NCBI RefSeq assembly: GCF_008831285.2
Contig: NC_045138.2
Location: 7,192,001-7,256,000, forward strand
Direction of reading: 5' to 3'
From: Nymphaea colorata
Lineage: Eukaryota
DNA length: 64,000 bases
Shown here piece after piece: positions 40,708-54,191 of the stretch. The notes under the pieces are model-generated. The model ran no database searches and was not told the DNA's origin. It saw nothing but the letters and a program-made list of their open reading frames with translations. Numbering within the stretch: the first letter of the stretch is position 1; every line of letters starts with the position of its first letter. The translations under genes were made by a program, and so were the position numbers.

Positions 40708-41999
40708 CAATGACCCATTGACGGAAGGGCCAGAGTTGTCCTCCAAACTGGTGGGAAGAGCCCAGGGACTCTATGCCTCGGCCAGGCTGCAGGGTCTGAG
40801 CTTGCTAATGGCAGTGAACTATGTATTCATGGAGAAGTACAATGGCAGTAGTTTGAGAATTCTAGGAGGAACACAACAATGCGGCCAGTGAGGGAGATGA
40901 AGGTGGTCGGCGGCAGCAGTCTGTTTAGGATTGCCCGTGGCTACGCCATTGCGAAGACTCATTGGTTTGATGCAAACACAGGAGATGCCACAATAGAGTA
41001 CAATGTCTACGTCGTCCATTATTAATTAGAAGAAGAAGCCATGGCGGATCATGGAATCCTGAAATCCCAATTATGACTCTTGTCAGTTGGGTCGCGTTTG
41101 TTGTTCTTTGGATGGCCATTTAGCTTGTACAGTAACAACTTTTTTTTATCATATTTTTTATTTTTTTTTATAGGTGTAAGTGTTTCATAAATCTACTTCA
41201 AAATTGAGAACTACTTCAAAATTTTAAAGAATACATGATGTTTCAAAATCAAAATTTTAAAGAACGAGCTTACATGATGTTTCAAAATTAAGGTAAATTC
41301 TTAAAAGATTATAACAAATATCCCAAGAACGTATGCTTAAATGATGTCATTATTTCCGAACAACCTCTTAAAAATTTAATATTTTATAATTAGTGTCCTT
41401 TTCAATGAAAAATTTTTACATCTACCTCTGAATTCAACTTGATTACGAGGCGTAAAGACACAGCGAGACTTTCACCGAAAGTAGCCATCAAAGAGAAAAG
41501 CAAAAGTGAAAGGAGGGACGACTTAGATTGAGATAAAAAAAGAACCGGACTGCGTTTTTAGTTTATTTTATGCAGTGTTCATTCACCTTTCCTTTTCCCA
41601 TCCGTATGCACGGGCTAAATGCTTGCCGAGTACGGTTCCATAACTGTTCTTTCTCCTTAGAGAATGGGTCTGGATCCAGACTATATGTATCCAATTTGAA
41701 TCAATTAAAAATGTTGTCCTTTAGCCATGTCCATTAACCGAGCAACAACGATTACTTTGAGTTTATCATAAGCCATGTTTGAGAGTCTTGGATCTGAGAT
41801 TTGAGTGTGATTCTAAATCCACCTTATGTTAAATCCACAGCTTAAACTAAAGGGAATTTCTCAATTAGAGATCTTAAATCTGTGTTACATTATGAAGCCA
41901 CTGATATGTTCAATTTATTTTTTCTCTTTTAAGTTTCCTTTCCATCCATTTTGCTTTTGTTCTCTCTCTTTTTCTCCCTTTTTAATTGCCTAAGAAATG

Positions 42000-42280
42000 T
42001 AAGGGTGGGTGCTCTGCCAGGCCACCGGCAGGGGCCCAGTCGGGGCACGGGTTCGTGCCTGGAAACCAGGCCCGGGCCCAATGCCCAATGGGCCAGCCAG
42101 AAGGGAAACAAAGCCAGACCGATTAATTTTTAAAATTATGTTTTATTATTAACATTATATGTTTTCTTATTAAAAATATATTTTATATTCAAAAAAATTA
42201 TTTTATTTTTTAAAATAATCTTTTATTATAACCGTGCCTCGGCTTAAATTTCGGGTCCTTGCCCAGGCCCATCTTTCCGA
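42000..42280. mobile_element. Probable MITE with GC-rich ends and an AT-rich core
   Basis: Interrupts block A'' relative to positions about 950 and 27000. GGCACGG/CCGTGCC inverted motifs. Boundaries are approximate. Confidence 0.5.
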
Positions 42281-42741
42281 CATCAGACCGACCGACCTGA
42301 ATGTTACCTTAAGGGTCCAATGGCCACCTCTTTGGTTTGAGAAGCCGACACTTTCTCATCCTTTTTGCCTGGTGGTCCTCTAAAATTGATGACTTGCCCC
42401 TTCCACTCTTTGGGGACAGCAAGTTCTACAGGTTTAATTAGTCTATGAATATTCAAAAAACATGATTTTTTGGCAAAAAAAGATAAATGTATAACATTAT
42501 ATATCCATAATTTTTTAAGAAGCAACAGCATCCTGTAAATGTTTGGATTAAAATAGCCTTCTCATGACCTTGATTTATAATAATAAAGTTCAAAAAACTA
42601 AAATTGAACAAATAAATCTAAGAAACAACCATATAATTGTATATAAATATTTTATATATGTTTATAATATAATATATATTTCACCACACTCCCACACCCC
42701 GTTTTCTGGAATGTGCACACCCATGTGATATATTCACTATC

Positions 42742-42788
<47 letters not shown>

Positions 42789-42926
42789 TGATAATATCAT
42801 ATAAACTAACTGCTGTTGAAGACAATCTTTTTTTTTTCTGTGATGATACAAAAATAGATGAGACCCGACTCGGAGAGCTGGGTGCTGCCCTTGATTGTTC
42901 AAGGGTTGTGTGACATATTGACTATC

Positions 42927-42970
<44 letters not shown>

Positions 42971-43348
42971 CACACATTCTGACACTCGCATCTCTCTCTT
43001 ATGTGATATATTGACTATATATATATATATATATAAGTGTCAATATCATATAAACTAACTGCTCTTGAAGACCTTCATCTCTCACCCATCTCTCACCCAT
43101 GTGACATATTGACTATCTTTTATATTGACTATCGTTTATATATATATATATATATAAATGTCAATATCATATAAACCAACTGCTCTTGAAGACCATCATC
43201 TCTATATATATTTATAAAAGTGTCAACATCATATAAACTAACTGCTCTTGAAGACCATCATCTCTATATATATTTACAAAAGTGTCAACATCATATAAAC
43301 TAACTGCTCTTGAAAACCATCATCTCTCACCCATGTGACATATTAACT

Positions 43349-43434
<86 letters not shown>

Positions 43435-45172
43435 TATCGATATCATATAAACTAACTGCTGTTGAAGACAAACTATTTTTTTTTTCTTTGATGATAGAAA
43501 AAAAAAAAAGATGAGACCCGACTCGAAGAGCTGGGTGCCGCCGTTGATTGTTAAAGGGTTGTGTGGGGCCACTGGGTGTACACATTTTTAGGTCATATTC
43601 TTTCCCTCTTGGCACCTTACGTCCTTGGAGGCTTGGACGGGACCACAAGAAATGTTCAAAATTTTCTTCCCTTTCTAGATGCAGCCATTCCATATTTCTA
43701 GCCTCGTTATCTATATAAGTTTAATAAGGTTCAACACGAGCCTGAGTCCCGCTCAACTCCATTCATGGATAACTGGGCTCAACCTCGGGGCAAGCTTGAT
43801 AATGTCATATCTAACTCGACTCAATAAATTAAGTTGAAGTTCAAACTCCACATGTTTAAGCTCAAGAAATTGAGAGACTCATGCCAGAAGCCATTAATAT
43901 GAAAGATATGAAACAAAAAAGGGACTTTGACTTTTTTTCCTCCCCTTTCACAAAGAAAGTGCATTTTTACAAGTGGTTGTAAAATATTTTCTACTTAAAT
44001 TGAAAAAAAATCAATATCATGCTTTAGTTTTGCAAAATTTTCGAACAAAATGTTTAAGCTTCAAACAACGTTTAGAAGCTTGCGGCATAATTTTCTGTAA
44101 ACCAACAAGGAAAAAATAATACATCGGATTTATTTGTGAATTTTTTTCAGAAGTATGCTTAAATTTGGTAAATGTCCAAGATGATTCTCTTTAATCAAAA
44201 TCGATTTCAAAATCATGTTCTCTCCGTGTAAACGTGTTATATTATTAAAAAGAATATGAAAATTTGGCATTTTTATATTCATCAATATTTTAAGTGCCAT
44301 AAAATATCCTATACATGTCATATCCTAAAGCAACTCTACAAATCAAGACTGAGATCTGAAGGGCACCCTACACTGCCGTTTCTAAAAGATTTAAACAGCA
44401 GTTCAGCAAAATTTAATCGTTATATTCTTACTTATAAACGAGTCAAGTTCAAGTTTTAATGTATATTGGAAATGGTAATCAAATCCAATTCAAGTTGTAG
44501 GAGGTCGACTCATTTAAGCTTGGTTATGCCTGGCTATGTAAATCCTTCTCATCGTAGTTGAATTACTTAAATTAGTTATCGAGTTAAACGAGTTGACAAG
44601 TTTAAAAAAGCAAGAGTTAACAAGAACGATTTAAACAAGTCGAACTCTAGTTTCACACCGAGCAGTCCTGTCGAGCTTGAGCTGTTCTATGAATCTCGAC
44701 TTAAATTCAAGCTCTAGTTTTTCTTAGCAAAGTTGAACTCGGCTGGTAATGCAATCCATTGTGTTCCAAGGCAGAAACTTCCTCAAGTCAATGCGCAATC
44801 TTTGAATATTATCTGGTGCATGTGAAGTCATGCTCTAGTCAACACGTGCCAGATGTGGGAGATCTACCAAATTCAGGCAGCGCTAATTCGACGAACATCT
44901 ATCGTTCGCTATCAACTTGTGGTCATGATTCAAACTAAAGGATGGTTAGGTCAGCTTTCAAAACCATGAGTTAGAAAGAGAACAAGAGAAAGAATTCAAT
45001 CTCGATCGATAAATTGATCAAACACAACGGCATTGCCTTTTCTACTCCTCTCTGTTTGCATTTCCTGTTCCAGTTTCCAAATTCACATTCATAAATTTCT
45101 ATACTGTAAATACTACCTGCAGTGCATGCCTCCTCATCATTGGCTTTCCTGTTTCACAGCAAAGCCAACGCA

Positions 45173-45752
45173 ATGGCCTATTCCCTTCTTCCAAAACCCT
45201 CAGCCACTATCTTCCTCTTTACCTTCTTCTCCATCGTTGCCGTAGCAGTGGATGCCAAACTGGTTCATAGTCAAGGATCAAGGAGTCCTCCACAGGCCAC
45301 CGAAGGATAAGATATCCCACCTCCATTTCTACTTCCACGACATCCTCAGCGGCCGGAATCCGACTGCAGTACCCATCGCTGGAGCTAGGAACGGGACCTC
45401 GGCAACGGGGTTTGGTGATGTTATAATGATCGACGCCCCCTTGACAGAAGGGCCCGAGTTGTCTTCCAAGCTGGTGGGAAGAACCCAGGGGCTCTACGCT
45501 TCGGCGGGGCTGCAGGAAGCGAGCTTGCTCATGGCAGTGAACTACGTGTTCATGGAGGGGAAGTACAACGGCAGCAGCCTGAGCATTCTAGGGAGGAACG
45601 CGCCGATGCAGAGAGTAAGGGAGATGCCAGAGATGGGTGGTAGCGGTCTGTTCAGGATGGCTCGTGGCTGCGCCCTTCCGAGGACTCGCTGGTTTAATGC
45701 AAACACAGGAGACGCCATTGTGGAGTACAATGTCTTTGTCGTCCATTATTAG
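45173..45752 (+). pseudogene. DIR: Dirigent pseudogene type A'' (7-bp duplication frameshift)
   Basis: TCAAGGA is tandemly duplicated at 45271-45284. Substitutions in conserved motifs: IDD>IDA, MPVV>MPEM, GYALART>GCALPRT. An 83-bp promoter deletion removes the TATA box. Confidence 0.9.
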
Positions 45753-47091
45753 TTAAAGAGACCACATGTCCTGCCATGTAATATATCCCAATATTTTCCT
45801 CTTATATGTTATTCTTTAATATTATCTTATGAATAAGATAATTAATTATTTGAAGATTTTAAGTTACACTACAACATCCTAATAAAAATAATAAAAAGAT
45901 TTGGGAGTTTTGAAGGAAAAAGATTAGTTGGTTGGTTGCATTATGTACAATCAAATGCATTACATGTGGACTTTTAGCCTACTTTAAGAATGGTTTTCGA
46001 TCATGTCTCACAGGTTCAGGTACACATTTGTATTGTGCATAGGCCTGTGCATATAATCACTTTTAAATTATAGAATGAAACCAAAATTTTTCACACTAGG
46101 TCTTTTCACTCCAATCTGGATTCCTGTCGAAAGACCTTCAGACTCGAAAGCCGAAAAAAGAGCCCATAAGCTCAGAGGATAGTCTTGCCTATCATAGGTC
46201 AAGGGGACACTGAAAAAGTTCTAACCTTTCAAAATAGTCCTGACCTTTCAATAAAAATGAGTCTTGACCTTTCAAAAAAATCGATGAAGAGCCGAGAGAC
46301 ATCTTTCTCTCATGGGACCGAAGAGCCTCGAGGAAGGTCGCTTTGCTCGTTCCGAGCTACAGGCTTTGCGAGGCCACTACATGACGCTTTGCTAGTGCTT
46401 TCACCTTGCTCGTTCCGCGAAGCGAGTGCTTTAGGGTACGTCATGAGCAAAGCCCACAAAGCACTCGCAATTACATGAACATTCTAATAAAATGTTTTGA
46501 AGGAAAAATATTGTTTGGTGCATTGTGCACAACCCCCAATGCATGACATGTAGACTTCTGCCCCACTTTTTGATTGGTCTTTGGCTAGGTGTTGTCTGTG
46601 CATCCTTTAAATTTCAAAGTGAAACTAAAATTTTTTCTTGAACATCTTCATAAAGACATTTAATGCTAAAAGTTACTTGATGCATTTTACACAACCTTCA
46701 ATGCATGACATGTGGACCTCTACTTCACTTTTAGAATGGTTTTGGCTCAGATGTCACGGTCAGTTACACATTTGTATCGTGCATAGGTCTTATAACCACA
46801 TTTAAATTATAAAAGTGAAATCAAAATTTTTATTATGAAAAGTCCATCTGTTGACAAAACAAACTGCCAAAACAGGCCAATATATTTTTTGAAAATTCTT
46901 CTAGGAAACGAAAGACAATTTTTAAAAAATTTATACATGTCAAATTAAATAATTTAAAATCTGAGAGGGGTCATTTCCCTGGCGTCCTTTTTGCCTCCAC
47001 GAGTGATTTTACCTGAAAAAAAATTAGTGAAGGTTGTCTCAAATATATATGGCATGCCAGTATAATTAATGGTTTAAAATATAGTTTTTAG

Positions 47092-47571
47092 TAAATTTGG
47101 GCAATGGGCCGGCCCGGCCCGACTCCCGCCCTTGGGCCTTCGTCCCCTGCTCCCCTCCCTCAGTCCCTCTCCCCTCGCCCTCTCCCTCAGACCCTCTCCC
47201 TTCCCGTTTCCCTCTCTGCTCCCCCTCTGCTTCCCTCTCCCTGTCCGGTCCCCCTCTCCCTCTCCCCCTCCGCCCTCTGCTTCTGTCTCCTTCTCTGTTG
47301 CCCCTCTCCCTCACCCCTTCTCTGTTGCCCCTCTCCCTCTCCCTCCTCCTCTGTCTCCCTCGCGGCTCCCCCTCCTCCCCCATGTGGGCCGTCAGCGGGG
47401 ACCCAATGGCCATAGCCGGAGGGCGGAGGGAAAGGGGGGGCGGGACTCGGGAGGGCAGGGAAAGGGCGTTGAGGAGGGGAAAGGTGGGCGGGCTGGGCCG
47501 GGTCCGGGCCGGGCTGAGCGGCCCGACCCAACAGCCGGGCCGGGCTGTTCCCAGGCCGAGACCCATGCCTA
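47092..47571. mobile_element. GC-rich hAT-type MITE
   Basis: 8-bp TSD GTTTTTAG/GTTTTTTG, with an empty site GTTTTTAG at about 6035. Same family as 63300-63794. Confidence 0.85.
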
Positions 47572-49262
47572 GTTTTTTGGGTCTTAGACATTTTATTACA
47601 AACAATATGATTTTGATTTCACATGTATTATATAATATAGCCCACTCAAAACTAAGTTACATGATCCGTATAATTAACCACAGTGTAAAAATATTAGGGT
47701 TGACAACATTATCAATTACCTTTATCGCTGCATATAACAAAACACATTAAGTTTGTTGTAAAGCATAAGAAACTGAGAATATTGACTAGAAAAGCGTAGA
47801 AGTAATAAAATAAACTTGTGAACTGTTCTAGACATTGGTAAACAAATCCATTTAGATGTATCCAGTCAAATATCAGGATCATGCGCCAGTTAAATCTTCG
47901 AGGCTAACTAATGAAAACTAATGAAATATTTCTTTTATCGATAGTATTTTAATCTTTTTATCACACTAATTTCTCAACTTAAATTACTAATAATTAAAGA
48001 TTATCTAGTAACATGTTTTTTTTCACTATAAAAATTTAAATATTTCTTTTATTATCTTAATTCATTCCAGACAATTCTAAAATAAGTCTACAAGACTTTT
48101 GTAGGCCGCATGGCGGCTTTTTGTATGGAAGTAGGAAAGTCTGACTCAAGCAAAAAAAGGAACACATGGCAACTTTTTGTATGGAAGTAGGAAAGTCTGA
48201 CTTAAACATCAGAAAAGGTGCGAATAGAGATATACCGACTAGTGATTTATTCAAATTTGGTAATGTTATGGTAGACTTTTGTAGGCCGCATGGTGGCTTT
48301 TTGTATATGGAAGTAGGAAAGTCTGACTCATGCAAAAAAAGGAACACAAAAAAAAGGAAGGTGCGTTCACATGACTTAACTCGTTTCAATTTTTATTGCA
48401 GAATATTAATATTATATATGAACAAAGCCTTTTGTTCGCTCATTGGCAGACAATAAACAGAGACCAAAATTAATTTTCTCATGGCCTTTTATTTGGGTGA
48501 CAATTATTTAATTTTATCTATTCAATTGGTTAAGCAAATGACTCTCGAACTCGTTCATGAGCCAAACTTTAAGGAGTCCAACTACTCAAGCTTATTGTTC
48601 ACCCCTGGCGATGGCCCCGCCTTTGTGTGAAATGATCTCGCGACTTATGCTTTCAAGAGCATAAGGTTAAATTATGTTGAAAATTAGATTAAAATGATGT
48701 CAACCTGAAAAGGTGGAGAGGGTCGGTGGACAAAATTTGTGGTTATGTATATATATAAAATAATAATAATATGCTGTTGTTTATTGGATGTTGCTGTAAA
48801 AGTTATAAGTTGTTGATTTATGGTATTTCAGGAACGATTCATGTTTTAGGTAGCTATCAAACTCATACATGTGAGATTGAATGGTAATCGCTCGGTTCAT
48901 GGACTTTAAGAAAATTAGATGATCGAGACTGAGCAGAAAAAATTAAAACCAAGCCATATTTTGAATACTAAAATACCCTTCAAGGATGAGACAAACGAGT
49001 TTCCTTAAGATCCCTTACCATCTTTTCATCTCTTGAAAAATTTTGGCTTTAAAAATTTTCAACTTAAATTCTGCCATCCTAAGTCCTTAAAATAGACACG
49101 TAAACGATTCCAGTTCAATGTAGCATATAAAGGTTTACTAGCTACCCATTTTTTTATTTGGATTTGAATAAATTTTCTGGCCTCTCAAACAACACAGTGT
49201 TCAATCTATTACATCAAGCAGCTGTAAATAAATGGAGCTCAAAATAGTTAGCGGATTTTAAC

Positions 49263-49306
<44 letters not shown>

Positions 49307-49363
49307 CTGAATTCTTCGCAGCATTTGATGTCACATAAATTAACTGCTGTTCAAGACAATCTG

Positions 49364-49454
<91 letters not shown>

Positions 49455-50389
49455 AGATGAAACCGCTAACTTGTTGGAAACAGGGTCTCCGATCGGTTGG
49501 GTATTCACATTTTCTGTTAATTGTTGAAGGGTTCTGTGGGCCACTGGGTATACACATTTTCCATCAATGGTAAGTCATATTCGTTTCAGTCTGGAAGCCG
49601 TACATCCGTGGACTGAACGGCTAGAAATACTTAATTTTCCAATCATTTAAAAAAAAAAATTGGAAGATAAAAATAAAAATTGAAAAAAAAAGTATTAAAC
49701 TAGTTAACCAGTTATACGAGTTAACAAATTAAAAGAAACGAAACATGTTAATAAAAATTATGTAAACAACTTGAGCGAGTCGAACTTGAGTTTCACGCAG
49801 TCAGGTCGGGCTTGAGCATGTTCTGTGAAGCTCGATTGGAACAAGCCAAAGATCGAGGACTCAGCTCGTATGCAGCCATATGTGTTCCAGAAGCAGAAGT
49901 CTGGTATCCTCAAGTCAATGAGCAAATTACAACATTTGAATCTTCTCTAAAGGATGTGAAGTCTGCGTGCTTTAGTCAGCACGCCTCAGAAGTTGGGAGA
50001 TCTACGAAAGTCAGCCAGCGCCAATTCAACGAACGTCTATCATTCGCTATCAATTTGTGATCATGATTCAACCTAAGGGATGGTTAGGTCAGCCTTCAAA
50101 ACCAGGCGTTAGGAAGAGAACAAGAGAAACAATTCAATCTCCATCAATGAATTGATCAGAACGAGACCACCATGAACGCAATAAACGCAACACCGCTGCC
50201 TTTTCTACTCCTCTCTGTTCACATTTTCTGTTCAAATTTCCAAATCTCATTCATAAATATCTTTACTGAAAAGTCATCATACTATTAAGCATGTAGAGCA
50301 AAAGTCTGTAGATCTCTCCCTCTATAAATACTACCTGCAATGCATGCCTCCCCATCATCAGTTTTCTGTTTCACAGCAAAGCCGACGCA

Positions 50390-50959
50390 ATGGCGTATTC
50401 CCTTCTTCCAAAATCCTCCGCATGCACCATCTTCCTTTTTTGCTTTTTCTTCCTCGTTGCCGTGGCAGTGGATGCCAAACTGGTTCATAGTGATGGAGTA
50501 CTCCACCGGCCGCCGAAGGAGAAGACGTCCCACCTCCACTTCTACTTCCACGACATCGTCCGCGGCCGGAATCAAACTGTAGTACGGGTTGCCGGAGCTG
50601 GGAACCGGACCTCGGCGACGGGGTTTGGCGATGTTGTGATGATCGACGACCCCTTGACAGAAGGGCCTGAGTTGTCTTCCAAACTGGTGGGAAGAGCCCA
50701 AGGGCTCTACGCTTCGTCCGGGCTGCAGGAAACGAGCTTGCTGATGGCAGTGAACTATGTGTTCATGGAGGGAAAGTACAATGGCAGCAGCTTGAGCATT
50801 CTGGGGAGGAACACGGCGATGCGGCCGGTGAGGGAGATGGCGGTGGTCGGCGGCAGCGGTCTGTTCAGGATGGCCCGTGGCTACGCCATTGCGAGGACTC
50901 ACTCGTTTGATACAAACCAGGCCACGGTCGAGTACAATGTCTATGTCGTCCATTATTAG
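50390..50959 (+). CDS. DIR: Dirigent protein, type B (intact, 189 aa)
   Basis: Complete ORF with signal peptide and dirigent motifs, TATA box at 50323, sequons NQT, NRT and NGS. Confidence 0.95.
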   Translation: MAYSLLPKSSACTIFLFCFFFLVAVAVDAKLVHSDGVLHRPPKEKTSHLHFYFHDIVRGRNQTVVRVAGAGNRTSATGFGDVVMIDDPLTEGPELSSKLVGRAQGLYASSGLQETSLLMAVNYVFMEGKYNGSSLSILGRNTAMRPVREMAVVGGSGLFRMARGYAIARTHSFDTNQATVEYNVYVVHY

Positions 50960-51447
50960 TTAATTAGAGGAGACCACATGGCTGCAGTGGAATATATCTC
51001 AATATTTTTTCTTTGTAGGTTCATCCGGTTGTTGTTGTTTGTGATCATGTTATGTTATTCTTTAATATTATTTATACGAATAAAATAATTAATTATTTGG
51101 AGATTTTAAGTTATTATTGATCATCGGCTATAAATTGAACCCTTGATTGATTGTAGGGGTGGAGCCAAAATTTTTTATTCACATGTACATAATATAGCAC
51201 ACTCAAATACATGTACATCGATTACCTACACATTAAGTTTGATGTAAAGTGTGAGAAACTGAGAAATATTGACTAAAAATGTAAGTACAACCGATGGTTC
51301 TTAGCGCTTGCTGTGAACTATATATCCAAGGGATAGATGTCATGCTGCGTCAAATACAATCCATATTTAAACCAGATATATGGGCAGTGTATATTCGAAT
51401 CTTTTAAATGTGCAAAAACTTTGTTGTTGACGAATTTTGTTAGTTCA

Positions 51448-53015
51448 GGCCCCGTTTGATTGCCTGGACAAAATGAGAGGAGGGGTTGAAAAATGTACGG
51501 GCAGGTGAAATTTCACCCGCCCGACTAAAAACACATCAAACATGGTGAAAGTTCACCCGTTTCCCGTATAAGGGAGAGGGTGAAATTTCACCCGCTCGTT
51601 GTTTCCGAACGCTCCTCCTCCCTCCTGCCTTCTCACCGTCGTGCACCAGATGCCTCTCCTCTCTCGGTCTCTCTTTCCTCTCCTCTCTTGCTCTCTCCTT
51701 CCCCTCCACTCTCAAAGCCTCTCTTCTCTTGCTCTCTCCTTCCCCTCCTCTCTCGCTGCCTCTTTCCCTTTTGTCGCTTCTGTCCCACTCCCTTTCTCCT
51801 CTGCTCGTTCTATCTCCATTTCCTGCACCCAAATCTTTCGTACCAACTCTATCGTCATCTCCCGACCACCGGATTTCCCCTCTTCCATTTCCCCTTGCTC
51901 CCTCTCTTCCCCTCCATTCTCCTTTTCAGTTTTTCGGTTCATCTGGTCTAGGGATTATGAATCACAACATTTGGATGGAGATGTTGAAGAAAAAGAGTGG
52001 GACAAGAAGATTGGATAAACAAACAACATCTACAGGTAACATCGGACACTGTTATAAACGATACTGCAACAAACATATGAAGCCAACAGCCATGAAGGAA
52101 GATGAGAGAGTTCAGAGGAGGAAACTTTGTGAGAATTGGGAAGCATAACAAGGGAATCAAGCAATGTAATCGGGCTGGTGACGATAGGGGGCTCGCCGTC
52201 CAGAACCTTGCCTTGTTCAGCCGGGCCGCATTGAATCTGCTCTTCGCGGCTCTCCTCTCCGCTATGCTCCCCGCTACAGGCACCTTCCACTCAGAAAATC
52301 CACCGCCAACGACCGCTTCATAAATACCACTTAGGCCACCTTTCTCTTCACGGCCACCACTCTCCTCTCCGCCAACCGCCACCTCTTCCGCAGCCTGCCT
52401 GATGAGAAACGCAGTGAATTTGGATTTGTTCCTGAGGAACACGCTAATCAGCATTTACAAGCAACAAATGTGGTGGTCTCGAAGACATCTTCAACGTGTT
52501 TGGCAGAATGCCTGAACAAAGTAAAAGGCAGAATGCCTGAACGAAGTAACAAGCTGTTCAGTTACCAACGGCTTTAGTTTCACATGCCATTAGTTTATTT
52601 GAAGAAGAGACTTGAAAATGAAGAGTTGTAAGTTCTTTTTTAGATAACAAGGAATTTCTTGTCTCTCTCTTTTATGAGCCATCATTAAATTTCACCACGT
52701 CAAATCCAGTAATGTTTATATCAGACCTGGCCTGCTTCTCTAATTACCATGTCAAATTTGGAGAGGAGAAGACAAAAAAAAAAAAAACAACATTTACCAT
52801 GTTAAATTTTTTTGTGTATCAAACAAGGTTAAATTTACCACGTTAAATTCTTCCTGTACATCAAACATAGTTAAATTTACCACGTTAAATTCTTCAGGTG
52901 CATCAGACAAGGCCTCAGATTGGAAGATGGAGAAATTTTATCCTGTAAAGTTTTCTAGAAAAATTTACCATGGTAAATTTACCACGTTAAATTTCACCCG
53001 ACAATCAAACGGCCC
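51448..53015. mobile_element. Complete PIF/Harbinger-type non-autonomous (Pack) element, about 1.57 kb
   Basis: TIRs GGCCCCGTTTGATTG and CAATCAAACGGCCC, 3-bp TSD TCA, subterminal AAATTTACCACG repeats. Empty site in the paralog at about 15740. Confidence 0.9.
52390..52516 (+). pseudogene. Captured PLS-class pentatricopeptide-repeat (PPR) gene fragment
   Basis: Reads ACLMRNAVNLDLFLRNTLISIY, then a frameshift, then KCGGLEDIFNVFGRMPE. Matches the PPR consensus DxFxxNxLIxMYxKCGxLEDAxxVFxxMPE. Confidence 0.75.
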
Positions 53016-54191
53016 TCAAGGAAAGAAAAGCTTAGAAGTGCAATATTATATTATTATAAAACTTGTAATAAGATAAAATCATAAATCATTATATTGTTGG
53101 CTTTGCCTTTCTATCTTGAGACGATGTCTAGTTCCATATTTTACCTCAAATCTCGTGTGATATTATGTTAAATGGCAACTTGTGTTGGCAAAACAGTTTT
53201 TTTTTTTCATTTTTTATTTTTTTGTTTGTTGCAAATCTACTTATTTTGTGATGTTTATTAGTTTCTCATTTATTTTATTTTTCCTCTTTTTTTAGTTTTT
53301 TAAAATTTTTAAAATTTTATGGTATTTCTTCTGTTTTTTTTTCAAACTCACCATATTTTACCTCGGAAAAACCTTGTCGTGTAAAACTACGAGATGTTAT
53401 TTATGACTATGGTCATCATAACGAGTTCGAGAATAAATAAAGATGAAAAAAATTGTTGATGATATCGTAGCACAAAATTGCAAGTTATTATGAAACTAGT
53501 AACATTTATGAAACTAGTAACATGAAAAACGTCGCTAAGATCATGCTACTAATAATTTTAATGGAGAAATAAGCATGAGTCAGTGAGTATGGTAGAGGAG
53601 AAAATAGCTTAGGAGAAGTGTAGAAAAAAAAAATACTTTCTTTAGCCCAAGATGCTTCCCCATGGTCAAATTATGATTAGACAAAGTAAAATGACTTAGT
53701 TGCTGAAAAAACATGATTTTGTAAGTATATCAAATTTTAGGTGCAACTTTGGTGAAAGAAATGAGTCGTCTGCGGTTGGAGATGATCAGATGTTATTGTT
53801 AGGGAATGCCCACAGAAGAGGAAAAGGTAACACGAGGAAGCGCTTTTTACAGGGCGACAAACGTATTGGTTTTTAACACTTTTAATGGAAAATTCTTATT
53901 TAGTCCACTTGTTTTTCAAAAAATTCACATTGCCTCTTTTCATGGATCAGTCCCCACGACGGGGACGACTCAAACTTTGGTCACACTTGCAGCCTTTTTT
54001 GTTCTTGTATTGATGATGCTATTTGACATCAATAATAAATTGTCATTATCTAATAAAACTGCTTAAAAATTGAGTCAAATTTATTGAACAATTGCAATAT
54101 AGTGTTTTATGAATCTACCTAAGGCGTCAAATTCATTGAATAATTGTAACATAATGGTTTATGAATCTACCTTGGCTAGGTAGAATTACTA

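Larger units (their letters stand above)
35071..41025 (+). pseudogene. DIR: Dirigent pseudogene type C', frameshifted and split by a Copia element (35071-35297 plus 40708-41025)
   Basis: A deletion in the signal-peptide region gives an early TAG. The insertion falls in the I-D-D codons. The 3' half DPLTEGPELSSKLVGRAQG... has further indels. Confidence 0.92.
49455..53960 (+). repeat. Segmental duplication block B' (copy of about 7757-16400)
   Basis: Collinear promoter, gene, 3' UTR and downstream sequence. Confidence 0.88.

Noticed and set aside
47066..47750. Several 100-217 aa ORFs on both strands (likewise 63235-63862 and 51536-52148)
   Set aside because: Low-complexity CT/GA- and GC-rich MITE interiors lack stop codons by composition; no protein motifs.
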